Shown: piece by piece, positions 29,524-35,099 of the stretch
Layout: the number at the start of each line of letters is the position of its first letter
Position numbering within the stretch: position 1 is the first letter of the stretch
DNA from: a virus
Strand: one strand, 5' to 3'
IMG/VR virus record: IMGVR_UViG_3300008119_000006
Length of the DNA: 64,000 bases
Program-made: the position numbers and the translations under genes
Notes under the pieces: generated by a model
What the model was told of the DNA's origin: nothing
Databases searched by the model: none
Seen by the model: only the letters and a program-made list of their open reading frames with translations

Positions 29524-29888
29524 TGGAACAAACCAAAGCTTGCATTTACTGTCATATAGAAAAGCCTTTATCTGAATTTTATAAAAGCCATATTCGTTTT
29601 GATAAGTTAGATGGTCGTTGTAAGACTTGTCACGGCTCTAGGATGAAATTGGTTAAAGAGATGCGCAAGACTGCACCTCCACCACCAGAATTTTGTGAGT
29701 GCTGTGGTGGAAGAAATGTTGACGTAAACCATAAACAAATTAGTTTATCTTGTGACCACGATCCAGTAACTAATACGTTTAGAGGTTGGTTGTGTAAAAA
29801 ATGTAACAACTCAATTGGTTGTTTAGGTGATAATTTAGAAGGCGTGATGAAAGCCGTACAATATTTAAGTAAAGAAAGAAAATTATGA
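29523..29888 (+). CDS. endonuclease VII-family (His-Me finger) nuclease
   Basis: CECC...DHDP...RGWLCKKCNNSIG..GDN; extra N-terminal CxxC..CxxC zinc finger. Confidence 0.85.
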   Translation: MEQTKACIYCHIEKPLSEFYKSHIRFDKLDGRCKTCHGSRMKLVKEMRKTAPPPPEFCECCGGRNVDVNHKQISLSCDHDPVTNTFRGWLCKKCNNSIGCLGDNLEGVMKAVQYLSKERKL

Positions 29889-30673
29889 TTACATTAATTG
29901 GACATGGATATGTTGGCCAACACATTCAAAAAGAACTAGAAAAACAAGGTCTTGAGCATGAGTGGATTTCCCACGCAGATGAAATCTCATTCGACACAAC
30001 AGTTATTATTAATGCCGCTGGTTATACTGGATTTCCTAATGTTGACGCTTGTGAAATTCATAAACAAGAATGTATTGATGGTAATGTAATTTGGCCTTTA
30101 AAATTAGAATTGAATAATCGTCATACTCCTATTGTACACATTAGTAGTGGTTGTGTATATACAGGTTATAAAACTGGTGGTTGGACTGAAGAAGATCCAC
30201 CTAATTTTGATTTCAATAATGGTTCATTTTATAGTGGTTCAAAAGCACTTGCTCAAGAACTATTAATGCCATACATGAAAAAATCTTACCTGTTACGGAT
30301 TCGTTTACCTTTTGGTGATGAACACAATCCTAAAAACTATCTAACAAAATTGGTTAAGTATGATAAATTGATTGACTTTGAGAATAGTTTAAGTTATATT
30401 AATGATGTCGCTGCTACATCTGTATTCTTTGCCGTAAATTTACCTAAACCAGGAATTTATAATGTTGGTAATGCTGGCACCAAAACTACTAAAGAGTGTT
30501 CGGATGCTATGGGTCTGAACAAAGAATGGTTTACAAAGGAAGAATTTACTGCAGCCACAAATGCACCAAGGTCTAATTGTAATATGAATGTTGATAAATT
30601 GAACAAGGTATTTCCAATCCAGCACGTTGATGATGCTTTAGCCAATGCTGTTCGGAATTTAAAAAATGCCTGA
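29885..30673 (+). CDS. NDP-4-keto-6-deoxyglucose epimerase/reductase (RmlD/NRS-ER-like)
   Basis: GHGYVG, INAAGYTGFPNVDACE, SSGCVY, SFYSGSK (YxxxK), LRIRLPF, PRSNC. Confidence 0.85.
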   Translation: MITLIGHGYVGQHIQKELEKQGLEHEWISHADEISFDTTVIINAAGYTGFPNVDACEIHKQECIDGNVIWPLKLELNNRHTPIVHISSGCVYTGYKTGGWTEEDPPNFDFNNGSFYSGSKALAQELLMPYMKKSYLLRIRLPFGDEHNPKNYLTKLVKYDKLIDFENSLSYINDVAATSVFFAVNLPKPGIYNVGNAGTKTTKECSDAMGLNKEWFTKEEFTAATNAPRSNCNMNVDKLNKVFPIQHVDDALANAVRNLKNA

Positions 30674-31055
30674 TTTATTTAAAGAGATTGTCCCGTCAAT
30701 ACTACAAACTAAAAAGAATCCTTTTAAGGATGAACTGGACTATAAAGACTATGTTCCGTTTGTGGTCAACCGTGCCTTGTCGTTTCATCAAGACTGTGTA
30801 CTATATGCCAATGAGTTAAACCTCAGTCCTGGTATCGATAAAGATATGCAGTATCAGTTTTATCTAAATACAATAAGGTCGATGAAAAGGAAATTTCAAC
30901 CTTGGCAGAAAACATCGACTAATAAAAATATAGAAGCCGTTAAAACATACTTTGGTTACTCCAATGAGAAAGCTAAAGAAGCTTTGCGGATTCTTACTGA
31001 AGAACAAATCGCTGAAATAATAATAAAAACAGATAAAGGCGGAGTGAACAGGTAA
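30666..31055 (+). CDS. gp62: clamp loader small subunit
   Basis: YVPFVVNRALS, YQFYLN, YFGYSNEKAKEAL, KGG end. Confidence 0.93.
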   Translation: MPDLFKEIVPSILQTKKNPFKDELDYKDYVPFVVNRALSFHQDCVLYANELNLSPGIDKDMQYQFYLNTIRSMKRKFQPWQKTSTNKNIEAVKTYFGYSNEKAKEALRILTEEQIAEIIIKTDKGGVNR

Positions 31056-31462
31056 TGATTTCAATTATTGATTTAGTTGAAGTTACACTAAGTGAAAAAG
31101 ATGATTTTTTAAAAGTTCGTGAAACATTAACACGCATTGGTGTAGCTTCCAAAAAAGACAGAATACTGTACCAATCTTGCCATATCCTACATAAGCAAGG
31201 TAAGTATTATATCGTACATTTCAAAGAACTCTTTGCTTTGGATGGTAAACCAACTGACATTTCCGAAAATGATTTATCTCGTAGGAATGCCATTGCCAAA
31301 CTCTTATCCGACTGGGGACTGGTAAAGATTGTTAATACCAAACAGATTGAAGAACCTCCTCCTATCTTCCTATCACAGATTAAGATACTTTCCCACAAAG
31401 AAAAAGACGATTGGGAATTAACTCCCAAATATAATATTGGTAAAAAACCAGGTGCCTATTGA
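31055..31462 (+). CDS. regA: translational repressor RegA
   Basis: DDFLKVRETLTRIGVAS, LYQSCHILHKQGKYYIVHFKELF. Confidence 0.97.
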   Translation: MISIIDLVEVTLSEKDDFLKVRETLTRIGVASKKDRILYQSCHILHKQGKYYIVHFKELFALDGKPTDISENDLSRRNAIAKLLSDWGLVKIVNTKQIEEPPPIFLSQIKILSHKEKDDWELTPKYNIGKKPGAY

Positions 31463-31488
31463 CAAACTAGTATAAATACTAGTATACT
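31459..31488 (+). promoter_or_regulatory. composite hsp20 promoter (sigma70 + late) with internal palindrome
   Basis: TTGACA-18-TATACT; TATAAATA at 31471-31478; inverted repeat ACTAGTAT-AA-ATACTAGT at 31466-31483. Confidence 0.7.
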
Positions 31489-31493
31489 ATATG

Positions 31494-31551
31494 TGTGGTG
31501 CTCATCTGAGGCCACAGTTTTGATTAACTCGCTTGAATTTAAGGAGAACAC
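31494..31551 (+). promoter_or_regulatory. ROSE-like RNA thermometer in the hsp20 5' UTR
   Basis: 5' hairpin plus CUCGCUU pairing with SD AAGGAG with a bulged G (UYGCU motif). Confidence 0.65.
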
Positions 31552-32016
31552 ATGACAAGCACAAATCTATTATTTCCACAATGGTCTTCCCTATCCAAAT
31601 CTTTGGATCCTTTCTCGGTCGGTTTCGATGATGTATTGAACCAGATCCGTGATATCTCAGAAACAGTAGCCAAAGCATCACCTGGTTATCCTCCATACAA
31701 TATCAAACAAGTAAAAGAAAACAAGTATGTCATTGAAATGGCAGTTGCTGGTTTTGCTAAAACTGATATTGAAGTTACTTTAGAAGGTAATAAGTTGGTA
31801 ATCAAAGGTTCTACAATTGACAGTTCCGATGATGCTGATAGTTATATCTACAAAGGTATTGCTAACCGTAATTTCAATCGTGCTTTTACTCTTGCCGACA
31901 AGGTAGAGATTAAGGACGCAGAGATTGCAAATGGTATGCTTAAAGTTTGGTTGGAGAACATGGTAAAGGTTCAAGATGCGGTAAAGAAAATTACCGTAAA
32001 ATCCAAAGATGAGTAA
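31552..32016 (+). CDS. small heat-shock protein (Hsp20/IbpA-like)
   Basis: YPPYNI, IEMAVAGF, YKGIANRNFNRAFTLA, NGML. Confidence 0.95.
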   Translation: MTSTNLLFPQWSSLSKSLDPFSVGFDDVLNQIRDISETVAKASPGYPPYNIKQVKENKYVIEMAVAGFAKTDIEVTLEGNKLVIKGSTIDSSDDADSYIYKGIANRNFNRAFTLADKVEIKDAEIANGMLKVWLENMVKVQDAVKKITVKSKDE

Positions 32017-32074
32017 CTGGTGGCCTGTATCCGATGAGGAATGGGAACAATTGAACTACCCAAACGGTAAATAA
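32009..32074 (+). CDS. putative 21-aa micropeptide coupled to hsp20
   Basis: MSNWWPVSDEEWEQLNYPNGK*; start overlaps hsp20 end, stop just before terminator. Confidence 0.45.
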   Translation: MSNWWPVSDEEWEQLNYPNGK

Positions 32075-32077
32075 TAC

Positions 32078-32105
32078 AGGGGGCTCTTGACAGCCCCCTC
32101 TTTTT
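32078..32105 (+). terminator. rho-independent terminator
   Basis: AGGGGGCT-CTTGAC-AGCCCCCT plus CTTTTT. Confidence 0.85.
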
Positions 32106-32115
32106 GAGTTATAAT
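32087..32115 (+). promoter_or_regulatory. consensus sigma70 promoter overlapping the terminator
   Basis: TTGACA-17 nt-TATAAT. Confidence 0.85.
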
Positions 32116-32121
32116 TATATT

Positions 32122-32364
32122 ATGAAAAACTGGAACAAAACTAAACCCTCTCGACCTGGTTATATTGCCACTACAACTGGCGGTAAAGCCGTTCTCAAAA
32201 AGGTTCGTTCAAAAACGAATCAAGACATCTATTATACCTACTCAAATTGGGCAACCAATGAGATTGAAGGCATCACTTTCATTCCTGTAGTCAAAGCTAT
32301 ACCTACAGGTGAAACACAAGTTATTCACTATATGCGTAAAGATAATTTGGAGTATGTGAAATGA
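32122..32364 (+). CDS. hypothetical protein (probably leaderless mRNA)
   Basis: ATG 7 nt after the -10 box; no SD. Confidence 0.65.
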   Translation: MKNWNKTKPSRPGYIATTTGGKAVLKKVRSKTNQDIYYTYSNWATNEIEGITFIPVVKAIPTGETQVIHYMRKDNLEYVK

Positions 32365-32567
32365 GTAAATTAATTGAACTTCAAACATTGGGCAATCCAA
32401 AATATTTGTTTGATCCAAGAAATAAGTATCACATAAACCTATTCAGATGTTTTTTGAATGAAAAAAGATGGGGTGCTCCTTGTCCATTTCTTTTAGAAGA
32501 ACCATATCTAAACATACCTGATATGTTGAAGGACAAATATATTAAATTTCAATTAGGACTAAAATGA
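32361..32567 (+). CDS. hypothetical protein
   Basis: ATGA coupling; FDP...WGAPCPFLLEEPYLNIP. Confidence 0.7.
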   Translation: MSKLIELQTLGNPKYLFDPRNKYHINLFRCFLNEKRWGAPCPFLLEEPYLNIPDMLKDKYIKFQLGLK

Positions 32568-32737
32568 TTGATTGGATAATGTACTCCGGTTGTAATATTA
32601 CACTTAAATTAAATCCGTTTCATTGGAGGCTTTCTTGTGCATACAATAAGACCAATGAGGTGTGGGAACAAGATGCCTTATTGATTGAGTTATTGCCAAT
32701 CACCATTCGTGTTTGGTTTGACAATGGTGAGTGGTAG
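32564..32737 (+). CDS. hypothetical 57-aa protein (not in ORF track)
   Basis: ATGA coupling with AGGA RBS; MIDWIMYSGCNITLKLNPFHWR...WFDNGEW*. Confidence 0.6.
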   Translation: MIDWIMYSGCNITLKLNPFHWRLSCAYNKTNEVWEQDALLIELLPITIRVWFDNGEW

Positions 32738-32771
32738 TACAAAGATTTCACCAGGTGAAATTGATATAGTT

Positions 32772-32779
32772 CATAAATA
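32772..32779 (+). promoter_or_regulatory. T4-type late promoter (CATAAATA)
   Basis: nATAAATA upstream of the metallopeptidase gene. Confidence 0.55.
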
Positions 32780-32841
32780 AGGTTATGTGAGCATTTACAG
32801 AGCGCTACGATTATTGGGTCAATTTATTAAGGAGAGACCTA

Positions 32842-33381
32842 ATGAAGTTAAGTATAGTTGGTTGTCCCGATAAAGAACGCTTTAGACCTTATGTCAAGCG
32901 AGCTGCTCAGTTTTACGCTCAGGAACTAATATCTGAAAAAATGTTAGAAAACATCTTTGTTCGGATAAAGTTTAGTAAAGATTTACCTGCTTATGGTTAT
33001 GCTTCGGTAGAAGATTATAATGATAGTGGTAAACCTAGAGAATTTGAAATTGAGTTACATTCTGGCATTGGTGGTTATGATATTCTCAAAACATTAGCAC
33101 ATGAAATGGTTCATGTTAAACAATATGTTTATGGTGAAACCAATGAAAGATTATCTCGTTGGAAAGGCCAAAGAGTGGATTCTGATACCATTGATTATTG
33201 GGTTCAGCCTTGGGAAATAGAAGCACACGGATATGAAGCTGGTTTATTTACCAAATTTGCTATCAAAGAAAAACTTTGGGAAGTATTTGAAGGTGTTAGT
33301 AATCCAGATTCAGAAATTAAAATAGAACCTATAGGTTGGAAAAATATACCACAAATAACTATTGACAATCAACCTATATAA
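32842..33381 (+). CDS. zincin-like metallopeptidase domain protein
   Basis: TLAHEMVHVKQ (HExxH) and PWEIEA third-ligand motif. Confidence 0.8.
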   Translation: MKLSIVGCPDKERFRPYVKRAAQFYAQELISEKMLENIFVRIKFSKDLPAYGYASVEDYNDSGKPREFEIELHSGIGGYDILKTLAHEMVHVKQYVYGETNERLSRWKGQRVDSDTIDYWVQPWEIEAHGYEAGLFTKFAIKEKLWEVFEGVSNPDSEIKIEPIGWKNIPQITIDNQPI

Positions 33382-33390
33382 TGTTATAGT
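33362..33390 (+). promoter_or_regulatory. sigma70 promoter for the tRNA region
   Basis: TTGACA-17 nt-TATAGT ending 10 nt before the first tRNA. Confidence 0.8.
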
Positions 33391-33399
33391 ATTACATAT

Positions 33400-33469
33400 G
33401 CGGTCGGGGTATAGAACCAGAGTAGGTGTCCAACTTACTCATCTAGTGCGAATCTAGACCACCGCTCCA
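33400..33469 (+). tRNA. non-canonical tRNA-Gly(UCC)-like RNA
   Basis: Acceptor GCGGTCG/CCACCGC, U73, encoded CCA; anticodon arm GAGTAGG-TGTCCAA-CTTACTC; T arm TCTAG-TGCGAAT-CTAGA; mini D arm GGT-ATAGA-ACC; 70 nt. Confidence 0.8.
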
Positions 33470-33488
33470 CTTTTTCAAGGACTATATC

Positions 33489-33662
33489 ATGGCAGTTTCG
33501 AAATCAAAAAAGAAAAATCCGATGTTAACGAAAAATGGTAAACCAAGATTAGGTCCATTAAACATTTCTCAATTAACAAAGATGTTAGACGGTGCTCGTA
33601 AGAAAAATGTTGCTAAGATTAAAAGAGCTATTGCAAAACGTTTAAAAACACAAACTATATAG
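33489..33662 (+). CDS. 57-aa highly basic protein (not in ORF track)
   Basis: AAGGA RBS; MAVSKSKKKNPMLTKNGKPRLGPLN...KRLKTQTI*. Confidence 0.7.
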   Translation: MAVSKSKKKNPMLTKNGKPRLGPLNISQLTKMLDGARKKNVAKIKRAIAKRLKTQTI

Positions 33663-33666
33663 TTAT

Positions 33667-33741
33667 AGCGGGGTAGCTCAGAGGTAGAGCATTGGACTCA
33701 TAATCCAGGGGCCGTAGGTTCGATTCCTTCCCCCGCAACCA
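33667..33741 (+). tRNA. tRNA-Met(CAU) with initiator-like acceptor stem
   Basis: AGCGGGG/CCCCGCA-A-CCA, D arm GCTC/GAGC, anticodon loop CTCATAA, T loop TTCGATT. Confidence 0.9.
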
Positions 33742-33754
33742 ACAAGGAGATATT

Positions 33755-33877
33755 ATGACTGAACCAAAAAAGCCAGCAGTAACATTACCTAAAGCAAAAA
33801 CTCCATCAGCACCAAAACCAAAACAAACATTTGTTCCTAAGATGACTGTTATGCGAAAGGCAGGTAGAGGCAGATGA
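33755..33877 (+). CDS. 40-aa K/P-rich protein
   Basis: AAGGAG RBS; MTEPKKPAVTLPKAK...RKAGRGR*. Confidence 0.6.
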   Translation: MTEPKKPAVTLPKAKTPSAPKPKQTFVPKMTVMRKAGRGR

Positions 33878-34029
33878 CATCCGATTTAGAAAAGTACCGT
33901 CAACAAGCCATGGAGTTATGGTTTAAAAATGGAGGTTCATGCACTGGTGCTGAACCACCTGAACCAAAAGACATTGATGATGCAATCGCTGAAGATGAAG
34001 AATTCAAACGAATAGAAAAACAAAATTAG
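33874..34029 (+). CDS. 51-aa acidic protein
   Basis: ATGA coupling; MTSDLEKYRQQAMELWF...KRIEKQN*. Confidence 0.55.
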   Translation: MTSDLEKYRQQAMELWFKNGGSCTGAEPPEPKDIDDAIAEDEEFKRIEKQN

Positions 34030-34115
34030 GTCATTTTAACTATAGTTTCTAATGCCATAAGAGTTAAACTGCCAATCAATACAATCGCAAATATTAATTG
34101 CGGTAATTTATTCAT
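34026..34115 (-). CDS. 29-aa single-TM micropeptide
   Basis: GGAGGT RBS; MNKLPQLIFAIVLIGSLTLMALETIVKMT*. Confidence 0.65.
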   Translation of the reverse strand: MNKLPQLIFAIVLIGSLTLMALETIVKMT

Positions 34116-34135
34116 AATACCTCCATTTCAGTTTA

Positions 34136-34219
34136 TTATTTAAACGCTCCTGATTCAATCACCATTAAAGAAAAACAAAATATAAGAATAAGCACGAAAA
34201 CTATTGGTTGCATATTCAT
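34136..34219 (-). CDS. 27-aa single-TM micropeptide
   Basis: TAAATG junction with upstream gene; MNMQPIVFVLILIFCFSLMVIESGAFK*. Confidence 0.6.
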   Translation of the reverse strand: MNMQPIVFVLILIFCFSLMVIESGAFK

Positions 34220-34663
34220 TTATAATTTATACAACTTAAAAAAGTATGTTACTAAAGCCGCAGCCGTCATACACCACCAAAAAACCTGAATTTGTTTCTG
34301 CCTATCTTTATCCATGTATTTTAATTCATCGGCTCTATCTTTTTCCATTTTTGCTTTGGTTGCTTCAACTTCAGCCCAAGCAGTTTTACCATATTTTTTA
34401 GTAGCTTCTTGTTTTAACTGGTCAATTTTTTGTTGATGAGCTTTTTGTTTTTGATATTTTTCGTAAGCTCTAAACTCGGCCAATGTGGCTAAGTAATCTT
34501 GTTCGGCTTTGGCCTTCATTCTGTTGATATGTTGTTGTTGAACAGCTTTTTCCATATCAGCCTGTTGGTCGCTAACCACAGAGCCTAGTTGTTTGCCTGC
34601 ACCTTGAGCAGCTTTGAGAGTATTAACGGCACCTTGAGCGCCGGCAACGATAGAGTCGGACAT
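34220..34663 (-). CDS. coiled-coil protein with C-terminal membrane anchor
   Basis: Likely start MSDSIVAG; Q/K/A-rich helices; VFWWCMTAAALVTYFF C-terminus. Confidence 0.7.
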   Translation of the reverse strand: MSDSIVAGAQGAVNTLKAAQGAGKQLGSVVSDQQADMEKAVQQQHINRMKAKAEQDYLATLAEFRAYEKYQKQKAHQQKIDQLKQEATKKYGKTAWAEVEATKAKMEKDRADELKYMDKDRQKQIQVFWWCMTAAALVTYFFKLYKL

Positions 34664-34716
34664 TTGATTTCTTTTAGTTGTGTTATTGGAAATGATAAAG
34701 AATACCAAATGTCAGA

Positions 34717-34745
34717 TTGACAGGAAGGAGAGAATAACGTATAAT
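34717..34745 (+). promoter_or_regulatory. consensus sigma70 promoter for the DNA polymerase operon
   Basis: TTGACA-17 nt-TATAAT. Confidence 0.85.
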
Positions 34746-34762
34746 CACATCAACTACATACT

Positions 34763-34770
34763 TATTTATA
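34763..34770 (-). promoter_or_regulatory. T4-type late promoter (TATAAATA) for the antisense membrane-protein operon
   Basis: Plus strand TATTTATA = perfect late consensus on minus strand. Confidence 0.7.
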
Positions 34771-34786
34771 ACCTGGAGATAACTAA

Positions 34787-35098
34787 ATGAAAATATTAGC
34801 TATGAAACTCGTTACCGGAGAAGAAATTCTTGGTGAAATTGAATCAGAATCAGAAACCGAATTCGTTTTAGAAAACCCTGTTGGTATTGCCATTGTTCGT
34901 GACCCCAAGACCGGTCAACCTAACGTTGGTTTTGCACCTTTCCCACTACATGCCGAACAAAAGAAGGGGTCTACGCTTGCCATTGCTAAGAAGAATGTAG
35001 TATACTCCTATGTTCCAGCAGAAGATTTTGTTAATAATTATAACAGCGTCTTTGGTTCTGGTATCGTAATATCAAAACAACAAATCATTACAGGCTAA
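34787..35098 (+). CDS. conserved hypothetical protein (Sm-like fold)
   Basis: MKLVTGEEILGE...LENPV...FAPF...YNSVFGSGIV; usual position before gp43. Confidence 0.7.
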   Translation: MKILAMKLVTGEEILGEIESESETEFVLENPVGIAIVRDPKTGQPNVGFAPFPLHAEQKKGSTLAIAKKNVVYSYVPAEDFVNNYNSVFGSGIVISKQQIITG

Positions 35099-35099
35099 C

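Noticed and set aside
23650-32016. Assignment as a cyanophage because of heme oxygenase, Hsp20 and 2OG oxygenases
   Set aside because: No photosynthesis or bilin reductase genes in the window, and these genes also occur in T4-like phages of heterotrophs; the host cannot be determined here.
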